DNA of 64,000 nt from Mizuhopecten yessoensis (GCF_002113885.1 NW_018404981.1:90136-154135); one strand, 5' to 3'. Shown: positions 15,301 to 30,300, counted from the stretch's first letter. The notes: a model not told the origin generated them from the letters alone. Numbers and translations are program-made.

Positions 15301-18300
15301 AACAAAAATCACATATCCTCACCAGCGACCGTCATTTACCATACGGTATTAACAAAAATAACATATCCCTCACCAGCGACCGTCATTTCCCATACGGTAT
15401 TAACAAAAATCACATATCCCTCACCAGCGACCGTCATTTACTATACGGTATTAACAAAAATCACATATCCCTCACCAACGACCGTCATTTACCATACGGT
15501 ATTAACAAAGATCACATATCCCTCACCAGCGACCGTCATTTTCCATACGGTATTAACAAAAATTACATATCCCTCACCAGCAACTGTCATTTACCATGCG
15601 GTTTTAACAAAAATCACATATCCCTCACCAACGACCGTCATTTACCATACGGTATTAACAAAAATTACATATCACTCACCAGCGACCGTCATTTACCATA
15701 CGGTATTAACAAAAATCACATATCCCTCACCAGCGACCGTCATTTACTTTTACCAACATAACTGGATCGACTACGTAAAAAACTTCCGATATTATTTCCC
15801 GAACTTTTAATTTTTAGAAATTAATTCTCAGGTTTTATTCAAATTACTTCGAAACATGTTCTACCTGAACATTTTCGCTGGACAAATCTTCTTAAATTAT
15901 AGATGAAAGATCGCCACTGGGATAGAGTTTCAGATATTACTATCATTTGTGACCCAACACGACTATGCGCCTGTCTATATATTTTATTGGTGGCTTATAT
16001 TGTCATCAATTAATTTAGGTCACGTTATAGTAACACATCTAGGTCACGTTATAGTAACACATCTAGGTCACGTTATAGTAGCACATCTAGGTCACATTAT
16101 AGTAACACATCTAGGTCACGTTATAGTAACACATCTAGGTCACGTTATAGTAACACATCTAGGTCACATGATAGTAACACATCTAGGTCACGTTATAGTA
16201 ACACATCTAGGTCACGTTATAGTAACACGTCTATTACAGATACTCATTGTGACCGGGCGTTCTAACTTATGTCATTGACGCGAGATGATCTAAAATTAAT
16301 GTCAGCTATCACAATGATTATCACGAACGGCGACATTTCAAGCTGGTTGATATCGACCTACATTTGCCAAAATGCCAAAGTATGCCATTCATTTTGTTTT
16401 GAAAAGAGACAGGTTTTACATAGAATAAAGTGAAGGGTTTAGTTCTACAAAAAGGTTTGAAGGTATTTCTATATTTTTTCCCGGCAAGTTTATCTTAACC
16501 TTAAATAACAGGATGCAGAAATATTCCCTTATTATTTTATCATTTTTATTGATTGATTGATTAAACAGTTTATCCCAGTATTTCTGTAGTATCTACCATT
16601 CCGAGGTACACGTCTTCACAGGTTCTCTCATGGTTCCAGTATTTGCCAATCCAACAGCTTGTCCATTGACCATCACGTTTCCAATACAACCAGACACGTT
16701 ATTATTTCCCTGAAAAAGTGAATTTGATTTCTAAAGTAAAATAAACATATATGTGTATATACATTTTTTATACAAAATGTACGTGTGTCGAAATGCAACA
16801 ATGCAAGATGTAGTATTTGAAGAATTGTTGTGGAAGGAAAATAATTTACATTCAAAAATGGAGAGAAAAAATGATTGCTAATTTGAACTTTAGATCTCGG
16901 AATGTTGTTTATGCAATGATCTGTACAAATTGTTCTTAATTTTACATTCGCGTCAACACGTGACAGTTCACAGATAATCGACAAAAAGACCATCTTTGAT
17001 TTTTAACTGTTAATAAACATATACATTCTTGTGTAAATGATACATTCCATGTAATTCCCTATATATCGAGCTACAGAATGCACCGTTCAAAGAGAGTCCA
17101 AAGAATCAACGTTAGTCGATATATCAAAACCTAGTTTAAATTGTTCTAACAGTACATATCGTCGCATGAATAAATGAAGAAAATGTTTGCAGAAAGGTCT
17201 GTAGCTATATTCATGCAAGCAACAGACTTTATATTGTTTGGAACACCACCTTTGTCTTTCTACAGATGTTAACGCTAAAGTGCCCTGTCAATTCTGGCGT
17301 TATTTTTGTTACATGTGGGATATGTATTGTGACGTCATTCGGTATCATAAAGTCATCATTTTCTATGTTGTGTTATGTCCTGTCAACGTGATAAAAACAC
17401 TCCCTGATGAACCTCTAAACAAGTGATAGTACTAGGGAGGTACTAAGAACCTCTTTTCGTCATTTCTTTTATATTTAACCATCAAAAGGACTTTTTTGTT
17501 TATATATATATATATTTCTTTCTATATTGTTATTTATGTTATATCGCTTTTGCCCGGTTGTATTAAACGAGAAAATTCTATTATGGGTTGTGTTTTAAAT
17601 TTATTCAATTATTATGCATGTTTTCTTCATGCACTGCATTCATTCTCAAAGCTATTTCACTCATCAAAAAATCGATAACTGTCGATTACCAGGCGGCGCT
17701 GTACGTACGTAGATACTTATCACAAGACGTCATACTATAAAAATGTATTTGCGGAAATATTCGTTTCAATGTGAACAGGCTGTTAACCTGGACATGGTGT
17801 GTCGCAAAGGTCACTGATGATGTCAGAAGGCGATTCGATAACGGATGATGGACTATGTAACCTGTATAATTAACCACGGATAATAATTTGTGAACCGCTT
17901 TGAGACGACCTACGGACTAGGTTGTGATTAAGCAGTATATTATAACCTCGAATTGTCATTATTAATATGATTATAAATACATAATATAGATACATACTTT
18001 ATATAGCTAATGAACCTTTGCCATAGAAAAAAGTACCTAGTGACCTAATATATAAATCATAGTACCTTATAAACCTTACACCCTATAGATAGTTATTTAC
18101 ACGGGTACCTACATTTTCGGTTTGTTTTTACTCGAAATGAGAAATTAAATTTATACGAGTAAACTGTAGCCATATAAGATTATGTATTTTTAGCATAAAT
18201 AGCCCCTGGTATCGATTTTATTTTTAAAATCATATACCGATATCCCGATTTTCAGTAAAACATTAAACAGTATACACAATAAGACTTTTCTCAGTTTATT

Positions 18301-21300
18301 TATATATATGCATTTACCACCATTCCGTGCTCAGTGTTTTGGTTCACCTGTCATCAAACTCTTTCAAACACCTATTATTACATTACTAGATTGTTTTTAG
18401 ATAACGTATTAAAATAAAATGAATATCGCAGGTAATATTTATAGCTGCCATATTATTACACGGATAATTATTTTCGCGATCAAGTAAATGCCCTGCGATT
18501 AGGCGAAAAAATACCACCACGATATAACCAGTTATATTGTATATACAAGGCAGATAAGATAGATTACACATATTTATTTTTTAAATTGAGCATATTTTTT
18601 CTAATCCTATCATATGCTTTTGTGAGTATTCACTTTCTTCTTCTTTTTTTAAAACTTATTTTCGGAAAATGCAATTCCCTCATAGATGATGTATACATAC
18701 AAAATAGAAGAAAGGGAATACACATGTCTGCCACATAAGAATGTTTTAATACAGAACATTGGTAATCTCCCATCAATCAAAAGTCTTCAGAAAAAATGAA
18801 TAATAAAAAGACAGAAAGACAAAAAGGATGGACGGATAAACTGCGATAAACCAATGGGCAATAGCGTTTAGTTTGAAACCATTTATTCGAAAATTAAGTG
18901 CCGACTACTTGTACCCGACTTTATTGTCTAGCACATATTTGCTAAAATGTGGCTCTTACCTGGTTAGGGGAACTAGTTCCGCTAACATGTACTGTTGTTG
19001 GAGAGCTCTGTAAAGCCAGCATGTTAGGGAAAGCTATTGCCTCTCGGGTAGGTTCACTGTCATTGCCAAGTCGTGTTGTCCGCATTTCTATGGTTTGACC
19101 GGTTCTGTGAAAAACAATAACTGCATTTCAATGATAGATTAAGAGGTCATCATTTTTCCACCGAAAACGATCAAAATGTTGAAAGAAAATATAATATAAA
19201 GAATCCACAACGGCAAACACAAGGAGAGGTCGGATCTTCCCACCTAGTGATATGTCTATATCTACCTACCTAGTGATATGTTTAGATCTACCGACCTAGT
19301 GATATGTATAGATCTACCTACCTAGTGATATGTTTAGATCTACCCACCTAGTGATATGTCTATATCTACCCACCTAGTGATCTGTATATATCTACCCACC
19401 TGGTTATATGTTTAGATCTACCTACCTAGTGATCTGTATATATCTACCCACCTAGTGATCTATATATATCTACTTACCTTGTGATATGTTTAGATCTACC
19501 CACCTAGTGATATGCAGGTTGTACCACTGCGAATTCTCCATGGTGACGGAGGATTTTATGGTACCGTAAAGTTCCCCATCAGCACCCGTCACAGACACCG
19601 TAGGTACACTGTCCACCAGTCCTATACCATAGGCTACCTTTGTGGTGTAGAAACGTAACATTAGTTAAATATTCCTAGTCGTTTTAAACCTCATTTTATT
19701 TATAGCTGACCTGACCACTGGACAAAATTTGAAATCGTCTTTTTTGGAAACGAACATAATTATTAAAAGGTCTAACATATTTTCCTTTAAATATAAGAAA
19801 CCACTTTCTTCATTTCAATTTTGTAAATGGGTACAAACATGTTCCATGGAGATTTTATAATTGTCCTCAATATCAATGCGTCATTAACTTATTCACCCGT
19901 GAAATTTCGTAATGAACTATACCAACCTTTGAATTGGAAGAGTTTAAATGTGTCTTCAAGGATTAATGAGTTAATGTTTAAATTAGGGTCGTCACACCGA
20001 ATGAAATTAAGTAAACCGTTTACTCGAAACATCTACCGACCGAGTTACCGGTTAACCGTTGACAACCCTAGTTTAAAGGTATGTGGTATGGTCTCTATTG
20101 TCATTTGAATTCAACATACATTTAAACCTGTACAACTGTCAGCAGCCAGGTATAGACACACAAAATCAAAAGCATTCAGTATTATCGAGTAACAAGGTCC
20201 ACGGCACAACTACACCGATCGAACTTGGCGTTTATAAAACAAAGCAGATTTGGTTGAAAACCATACTGATTTCAGTACTAGAAACAAACTTAAGCAATAT
20301 TCCAAAAGTCATTTATTTTATGCTGAAGAGTAGATTTACCTCTGAATCAGTTAAAATTGCAAATAAGAAGAGTTCGTGATAGGATAATTTTGACTAGGAT
20401 TACCTCCCCTTATGTATTGAAGACGAAGCAACTAAACTGGGGATGTTTGGCTGAATTTTCCTTGTCATGTTCTTAATCTTTGAATGTTCATTTTTATTTT
20501 ATAAACTTTGTGGTCCTTATTTTGAATTTTTCATGTTTATGCTTAACTTACTTGTCAAACACAATAACTATAACATTCCTTCATCGGTTTGTGTACGAGT
20601 AAGATGATGTGATCTTATATAATACTTTTCAAAAAATAAAACCATGTACAATGTTCTCAACACACTGTAACAGTTATCAGACGTCAAACCAAAATAGATC
20701 ATTTCTAAATGTCAAACGATGATAGATTAGTTAGTAGGTTGGTGTGTTAAACTACTTACTGTTCCGTTACCATGGAAATTCGCTACCGTCATTGCCGACC
20801 TTTCAGGCTTAACGCACACCTCAAGTGACGTCACCGGAGATTCCGTTTCACCTGTCGATGGCACCTCGAGTTGATATTCCCATCCGTCTACCATTGCTAC
20901 GGAAACCTGTGAGGGATATCATCGTCACTATGTAACCGTGATGACAGGCCTATAGATATTTTTGTTTGAACGCTAATGAGGATGTCCGCTGGGGATGTAA
21001 CCTTGCTAAAGGTTCAACAAGCCCCCGCAATAAAATTCCATGATGACTTTAATCATCTAACTCATGGTTAAAACCCCATTAAACATTAAACATTGAAATT
21101 TCCATGATTTAGATATATATTTAATGATATGTACCGAAGTGCCCTAGTTTATTAGAAGGCAATACTTGTGGTTAATATCTTCATTACAAAGCCTCCTCAA
21201 CATTACCCTCTTACCGGGGTTTTTTTGTTTGGTTTTTTTATTATAATATAACATAAGCAAGCAGTACACAAATTACCAATGTTAAGTTCATTTATTATTC

Positions 21301-24300
21301 ATCCCCAACACATATTCCCTCGTAAAAGCTTTTTGCGGTTACTGGCCGGACACAAAGTTGGTTTGTACCATGCAAAACCACAAAAAACATGGTTAAATTT
21401 CCTGGTGATATTTAAAATGTACAAAAAAAGTAAACCAATGGCCATGTTACCTTGATCAATACATGAAATATATATGAAGTGTCCTTTCGTGATAGTAAGC
21501 GTTGTTACAAATGCTTATAAACATTATAGTATTTTAGTAGCCCTAACTATATCACTGACACTAGACTTATATTCTCATCTATCCTTAGTGAGTTGCACGC
21601 AGAATATTGTGCGCTATTTTGTGACAGAGTTTTGTGATCTACGTGATATATTTGTGAACTATATTACAGAGTATTGTGACCTACATTTGTACGTGACAAA
21701 GAATTGTGAGCTTTTGACAAAGCAGGCAGAGGTGTATTACGTACAGGTAGTGCCGAGGTGATGGCGCGAGCCCTATCGATTTTTTTGCGGAGTTCTGCTA
21801 TGTTGTTGCGGAGGTTTGTTGCCTCCTTCTGCACTGACACACAGGGCTGGACATCCGTACTGCCAGTAATCTCCTTCATCTGTTGCATGTTGGATCGGAC
21901 AGTGTCCACTGAAAGGTGAAATATGATATAATTTGAGAGATACATTTCTAATTCTTAATACCCGACATGTGTTGTAATGAATCGTCCTCAAATTTTAATT
22001 TCGCTTGAAAGCTTGTCGCAAAAATGAAAATTTTAACATAGATATCCAATTTTATGATAGTTTCTGTTTATGCACTCTTGCAAGCTAGAAGGATGTAAAC
22101 TCATACCTATATATATGTAATGAAATCAAACCTTTAGCTAAAAGATCTGTCATCATTTCAACGTGTTGGCGTGACGTTCCCTGTCCGTTTTGACTAGATT
22201 CCGCCTTCTTTAGTTCAGTCATAGCTATCGCCTCTGCCTTTTCGATCCTATTTCTGATGGTTACACCATGCTGGTTGATTTTAGCGCTTATTTTGGCTAT
22301 CCTTGTTTGTGTGGTCTCAATTTGTGTCTTGGTGTCCATCCAAAATGTTTCAACTTCAGTGGCATTGTTAACGAAATCGCTGATAACGGCTACGTTTCCT
22401 TTCACAGTGTCCCATCTCTCTTCAATTACTTGATTAAGAACAAAATTGATCCTTATTAGGCTATATTTCAATTTTTCAGATGATTACATGTTAAAACAGA
22501 ATAATTCCATTTATTAACACAAGCAACCTCACTGACACAAATATTTAAATGGTACCCTAACTTGGGTTATTTATTATGATTTGATTGTATGGAAAAGTAA
22601 GATAAACATTTACGTACGCAAGCTCACAAAATTGGATATAACACCTGGAAACTTGATGAGATCTTACATGTCTGATATCTGGTTTAGCTAAAACTAGCCA
22701 TTTCTGTGTACCAAATGTAGGATGAGTATATTATGTTGTACGTATTCGCCATCATGACTGTACATAATTGTACATTGTATAACTAGTAAATGACACATAT
22801 AAATATTCTACGCACCAGTCAAGAACAGTGACGTCAAACAATTTTTTTTTACGTCACACCTATGAATTTCTAAACGTGGTAAATGGTTCCAAATCAACAA
22901 AGACAAAAACTTAAGAAGAAACTAATGTGAGTAACGTATCAAAATTGGTATATAAGTATCATTTTTCCTCCTTTGTTGATTATGACATTTTGAGGAAAAC
23001 AGTAATTTGCTATACTCACGATCATGTCTGCGACTGATTGGGATAGACTTCGCCATCAAGTCATCAGACTTATCTCGCTCCAGTTCTGCTCTCTTCTGCA
23101 ACGTGTCTCCTTCAAAATAATTTTGATTTACACATCCTTTAAAGTAGACATTTAGTGTTTTGTTAGCATATATAACAACATGTATAGTAGGAAAGCGATA
23201 GAAGTTTAAGGAGCATTTAAAGCGTCGAGCGTCAAAGCGTGGTGACAGAGTAAAATGTAATAGGAGGTTCATTTCGGAGCTGATAATTTCTTTTCGTTTT
23301 CTTTTTTTCTTTCGTATTTATATATTTATACATGTATGTTATGAATACATTTGTAACCTAACTATTGCATTAACAATACTGGAACAAAAGAAGGCAGACC
23401 GGGGGACTGCTTAGTTTGTAGTTGTGAACACACGAGTGAAATTACTGCGTCAACCGTAGTTGTTTCAACCCACATTTTACTGTATGGTTCAGGTATCATT
23501 CAAATGAGCAAATGGAATAATTACTTGAGATTCTTATTCGTATCCCTTGTGACTGAAAAAGGAGGCATAGTTCGCGCACGTGTTATTTTAACAAGATTAG
23601 GGACTAATTGTTTCTAGCTTTGTAATGATGCTTTCTGGTGTTATTATAGCTCCATGGGAATCAAACGTACAAGCAGAAGTGACTTTAGCTTCATTCTAAA
23701 AGGCTGAAAAATAGCAAAACCGAAAACCAAAAACATGGTTTAAAACTTAGATGCATTTTGTTTAAAAGAAAAATTAATTAAATGAAATATAAAATAGGAT
23801 GTCCGTTCTCTGTGTGCCGTAATGGGGTCAAAGTGACCTCAGACAATACATTATTCGAGGGCAAGGACAGAACATCAAAAAGATTTATTGCTTTAGTTTA
23901 TAGGCTTAATGTTTAGGTAAATCTAAGTGTAGCTATAAGTTGATATAACAACAACAGATTACTTACGGAATGAGTTGTGGTAAGCGCCAGCATTAGGGTC
24001 ATCCCCTCCAAGCCACCACCAACCGGATTCCTCTTTTTCCTTATCTTCAATTACGAAGTCAGAGCCTTCGTTACCGCTCCCCATTTCTACTGTTGTGCCG
24101 ATCTCCGTCGTAGTGACCGATTTCTCAGTGGTCAGTTGGGGAACTGTAGTGGGTATACTCGCCAGAGTCGTAGGGGAGCTTGTTGTTGTAGTCGTGGGGG
24201 AGGGAGTAGTAATTGGAGATGGTGTCGACTTGGTCGGGAGAACGGTTGTGATTAGCTTGTCAGAAGTTGAATAAAACATTCCATTTCCACTGAAAACTAT

Positions 24301-27300
24301 ATCGTCGTCGTCAGATGTTGTTTCAAAAAAGTCATCTGTTGATTCGGCCATTGACATCTCTGTTGTTGTTGGGGTTGAAGATCGACGAGAAGTTGTTGCT
24401 GAGGTTGTTACTGGTAAAACTGTTGTTGTCGTGGTTGTTGTTGATGGGCGCGTAGTCGATGGAACTGGCGTCGTTGTTTTAGTACGGGGCGTCGATGTAA
24501 CTTTTGTTGTTGGGCGGGGCGTCGTTGGAACTTGCGTTGTTGGGCGGGGCGTCGTTGGAACTTTCGTTGTTGGGCGGGTCGTCGTTGGAACTTGCGTTGT
24601 TGGGCGGGGCGGCGTCGGAACTGGCGTTGTCGTTGTTGTTGTTGGGCGGGTCGTTGTCGGAACTGGCCTTGATGTTGTTAGGCGGGAAGTCGACGGAACT
24701 GGCGTTGTTGGGCGGGGCGTCGTCGGAACTTGTGTCGTTATTTTAGGGCGGGGCGTCGACGGCGCTGAAGTTGATGGATGCGCAGTCGTCGGAACAGGTG
24801 TTGTTGTAGGGCGGGGCGTCGACGGCACAGTTGTTGATGTTTTTATTTTCATTAGCGGCGTCGTAGATTTGCCGAGAGGCGGAGACGAGGGGGAAAGTCG
24901 TGGTTTTGGTGTTGTCACACGCGTGGGCATAAGATCCTCTCCACCACTTCCTAATATGGTGATGTACTGTTCACAGTCAATGACCATATCCTCGTCGTCT
25001 CCCCCACCTGATCCAGTGACTAGGTCCTCACATCGCTCACGAAGTATGTTCTCATCTGCCAGTAACAGGCGTAGTTCGTCCATCCGTCTGTCGAGTTTCT
25101 GACAATAAATCACTGATAGTTAGTATGTTTATCATTCATTTTTGATAGACGATTTTCAAATATTGTTTCACTATCGACTGGATAGCATTGGTTTTCGTTT
25201 TGTTTTGTTTGTTTTGGGTTTTTTGGCATCAGTCCATTAATAATCTACCCAAATGATTAATAATACTCAGGTTTTTTTGTAATGAGATTATTTAACAACA
25301 AAACTATCGTCTTTGTAAGAAGACCAACTGTAATAACGGCATAGCAATATATGTTCTGGTTACCGAAAAGCAATCAAGATAAATTAAAACTGTTACAATT
25401 ATCCTATAGAGAATGCCACTGGTATAATAATTATTATAAAACCTTCCACTTCCACGTCATTATTTACTAGTGTAGTCATCCAGAAATTCAGTGTCTTTCT
25501 TTGAGTTCCCTAAACAAACGGAATATGAACCTTCAAGACTGACGTCACAATTAAAACAATAGATGGGACGTCATAGACTCCAAGATACAGTCGTTGGACA
25601 AATGGCGTTGTTGAAAGAAATAGCTACTGTTATTTTATCAAATAATGTCTCGGTCTTGAATTCGTTTTATAGAAAATTCGTGGAGAACGGAGATCAGTAA
25701 AAGGCCTACTGAAAAAGGCATACTCACGGCAAAATAAAACAAAACAAAACAAAAACGAGAAAAAACAAACCGTGACAATATCAGCCAGTCTCCCCACAAT
25801 AGCCAACAATTGCAAACGCACGTTGCTCCCACTATTTCGTCGGACATCAATAGACTTCTTTGCCTTTTGCAGTACAGGAATAATCGTCCTGGAAATTACA
25901 TCATCAAATTGACAATACAATGTACAACCAAACACCTACTGGGAGTGTGTAGCGTAATATATATTCGGATACTAAAGACTACTAGGGCCCGGTTCATGTC
26001 CTAGTTAGCGTTACCTCAAATTAATGAAAGTTTCTTAAAGAAATATTTCAGGAGACGCGATTTGTTTTCTTTTTTCTTGCATTTCTATTCATCAGATGAG
26101 TGTATGAAATCCTTAGTAACGAGTAAGCTTGTATTTAATTATCTGGGCTCGCACGAAAAAGCAATTTATTTGTGTAAAGTCAAACAGCGACTTCAACTTA
26201 CATGTAACATCCAACAAAATAAAGATTTTAAAAAGGCATATTTAAATGAACGAAGAAGGTAAATTTACTTTTTATTTAATTAGATAAAAGCTTGAAAGCA
26301 CAATAACAGTTGATAATTGACAGTTTCCAGTATTAAAAAAATGAAAGATTAAGTTTTGTTTATTTAAATTTTGCAGATCAAATAAAGAATCAGAATATGA
26401 TTAAGTTACATGATTCTTCAAACAGAATAGAGATAAACACGAAAATGAAAACAGCTTATCATAAAGTGGTTTACTGTGTATTTTTGTAACAACATCCACA
26501 AGGATCTATATTATATTAAGAATGTCATAAATCCTGACATAGACGAACCTTGTTTATTCTGCAAACCTTTATAAAACAGACTTTTAACTAGGTATTGCTA
26601 TATACCAATCGGGAATCGTCGGCACTTTCCGTAAACGAGAAAATATTTACGTTTACGGAGAGTGCCGACGGTACCTGATTGGCTATATGCATAATTATAC
26701 AAAATATTTTGAAAATTTCTTTTCCGAATTAAAACTGTGTTTTGTGAGATGTTCGATGCAGACACTTTATATATTTCTTCTCACCTAGCCAACGACTCCA
26801 CTGTCCGACCTAACTGTCGAGCATGTTGATAGCTTTTAGTGGTGAAGTCTTCAATTTCATTCATATTGGTAATGGGTGCCTCTGTTTGGAAAACGATCGT
26901 GTCGCCTGGTGGGCGTCTCTCGATAAAAGCGTTACGTAATTCTATGTTTCTCTGAAAGAAACGCCAAGAAAGATTTACGAACCACAAAAAAGTCTTAGAG
27001 AGAAAGATCACGACAATGAAATATACAATGAATATGAAAATAATAAGACATTAAGATCTACATTTTTACAAATAGACCAACTCACTTAACCGTGGGAAGG
27101 TAACTTGGATTTGTAAATCACAAAAGCAAGTATCATTGAGATTGATGTCACCATATGAAATGACTCGAATGTATTGTGACGTCACTCACATTGCAATTTA
27201 CATTCTTATGATTGCAAACAAACAGGATGCAGTGTCATTTTACGATATTTTATTATGGCGTCATGTTGGCTTGGTTTAACATTTATTAATGCAGACTTGG

Positions 27301-30300
27301 GGTAAGTGATTTTATCAAAAAATTCATTATTTATAGCAAACAATGTAAACATAATTTCTCTGTTTGATAGCTAAACTAACATTGCTGCTATTCTTTTCTA
27401 GGGGACATTTTTCTCCTGTCATTTTGGTTACAGAAATATAAAAATCGAAAGGGAAGAGAGAAAAAAAGAAATACAGAAATTACAGAAATAGAAAAGGAAA
27501 GAGAAGAAAGGAATACACGAGAGAAAGACTTACAAATACAAACTAAGAAGATGTGCGATCTGATTAAGCTCAATGGAACAGCATCTGAGCAGCCATAAAA
27601 CATACCTGCACGTCTCGTCGAACGGCTCTGATTTCCTTATTAGCTGTGTATGAGTAGTTCCGGGCGTCCAGATACATGTCGGTGATGCTGTTCAGGTACC
27701 GCTGTGGGTTAAAACGGGCACATGGCATTTATCCACATATGTATTCTAAGCTTGACAGTGAGGATAATCTGTAAATTTTAATTTCAAATTGCATATACAG
27801 TTAACTTATATTTTCTGTATCTTATATATTCGTATCGTAAACTAAAGTCTATCTGCTGTACCGTTAATATTTACAGTTGGTGTTACAAAGTTATGATCAC
27901 TTCATTTGTAACGTCACAACGCGCTCAGCAAACGTCAGAACCTTTGATTACGCTCACTCTTGTTTAATTAATCTCATACCTAATATAATGATTAATGACT
28001 TCTATTTCGATGCATATGTGGTTATATGAACCTGGAAACATATATTAATTTCGGTTAATATAATCCCTTTCATGTCTAAATTATCACATATTTACCTCAA
28101 CAAAAGTCTATAATTGATAATTATATAAATCTGTGTTATCTGTCTGGAGCCTGTTTAACTGATATTATACCAGGTATGTGTGTATCCGCTGTTTGACGTC
28201 ACCCCGGATTTGTCCGTACAGTCTCGTCTCGATTTTCCGTCGATAACGATCGATGTCCAAAAAGAAAGATCTGGCATCTCTGCTATTAAGACTGTTGAGT
28301 ACTGCAGCATGCATCCGTTCCTGTTCCATACAGCGACTGAAACCGACAAAATTAGTCACAAACAGTGAATTGTAACCTTATTACTTACTATTTACAATGT
28401 ACAAGTACAACTAAAAATGTATAAATCAGGAAATTCCAAGAAAAATATCTTCAAAATGATGTCTATATATTTTCATTTCAGTAATAATTACAATGACTTC
28501 GATATGCTCCATAAAGTAACGGTAAGTATTTTATCATGAAATTGTGTTGTACAATAAGTAATTGTAATCAATTAGTGAAATTAATCTCGAATTTATTATT
28601 GTCCGCTTTATACGGTGAATGTTTTGCGTACATGATCGCTTGTAAAACACTTTGCCTGGGAGTAACAAAAACAAATCTTGAAATACTAAAAATCATTAAA
28701 CAATCAGAACGGTATAATGTATTGATATTAGCATTATGTCATACTAGTTACCCTTTTATACGCTGTATGATCGTTTTCATGACGTGTGCTCGTCTTTGTG
28801 ACTGGTCAGCAAGCATGACGTTGTGGCTGAAGTCTTTGAAATGCATATCTGGAGGTATGCTAATGGACACGGGGGCTACCCGTCTCTCGTACGCCCTCAG
28901 GTGTACAAAGCGCACGAGCTGGGTGACGTCTAATAATGCATCTATGTTGAAGGAGTAGAAAACGAATTTTAGTGTGGGAGAGGAACATTGTGACGCATCT
29001 TGAAGCTGTTTACCCTATAGATATCACTGGCATCCGAAATAAGCAGGTGTTTTTTTAAAGTCAACACCAAAAAGAAAGAAAAAAACATTAACGAGAAAGA
29101 AATATATTTATAAATTAATAGACTAAGAAATCCCAAAAGTATCTTTGAACCCACCATTGGTAAGCTTTTCATAAGTTCTATGTTTGTTTGATATTTCTCT
29201 GGGTAGTCTTGTCAACAGTAAATGTATAATGCAGTAACTTCTGATTATAACTTCAATCACTGGGTTCGACAGTGTTCTTTCAAAGTAGGCTTGTTATTTG
29301 ACCAATTTACTCAATTTATAAATTGTAAAAAAATGAACAAGAGAGATTTTTGTTTTCTTACAGCCATATTTGTTCTGCTCAATTGGTTTGAAGCTCAAAA
29401 CGAAATATTAAGATCTAGCGATCAGGAATAATTTGACCTTACAAGGGAAATCTGCATGATAATATTAGATGAAGATCTGTAACTAAGTACTTCTTAGGAA
29501 CTACCAATAACAAACTTTAACTGCCAAATTCCAGATGGTTTGCTGACAGTCATGTTGTTTTCCGTTCATGCAGTCTCAGAATGGCACGTACAAATTTCAA
29601 GACCAATGAAAACCTACCTATGAAATTTGAGAAAGATCTGTCAAGTATTTCTTGAGACAATATCAATCTTGAACTGCTAAAATCCAATGGCTGCCATCTT
29701 TATCTCGATCAGCCTCAAATAATTCATTGTGCAAAATTACAGACCAATGCGAATACTATAAACTGTGAGATAGGTCCGTCAACTCCTCCAACAATTTTAG
29801 CCCCTAATAATCAAGTACCCAACTCATTATATTCTGATAGCAACGTCATTAACTCTTTCAACGAAAATAAGTATCGGAAGCTAAGGGAACTAACTCTAAC
29901 TGATACCAGTATAACATGAAATGTTCGTTGTGTATAAACATTCGAGGTTTTCGTGGTTGCTATTGAACCACGACAACATATACAAACGAATTTGGATGAT
30001 ATACGTGTCCACTGTTTATTTTTATTGGATATCCACGAAAATGTGTACCGCGAAACGATTTAAATGGTTTCAAACCACGAAGGAGAGTACCCACGAACAT
30101 TTCGTGTTAGTCTGCATATCACTATTGGAATCTTAGCCAACAGAATGATCATTTTAATTTCGAGAGACATGTCATTCGTAGATTACGATATGGTTAAATG
30201 TTCTAACAATACGAAAACTAGACTTCGAAAAGCTTATGTAGAATTTACTTTTAGAACTAAACATATATCGCCACATAATATATCTATTGTAATATTATCA

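Noticed and set aside
15731-15770. Apparent mini-exon DPVMLVKVNDGR with a LamG-like 'VNDGRW' repeated in the 51-bp minisatellite
   Set aside because: It needs a phase-1 acceptor, whereas the flanking exons (16597 and 14874) join directly in phase 2; inclusion gives a stop.
15949-16278. ORF of (THLGHVIV)n
   Set aside because: By-product of the 24-bp minisatellite on the strand opposite the host gene; no splice or start support.
15209-19515. Tandem repeats as CRISPR-like arrays
   Set aside because: No unique spacers, no cas genes, and a eukaryotic intron context.
24431-25102. Val/Gly-rich plus-strand ORFs
   Set aside because: Antisense shadow of the Thr/Pro exon 10.
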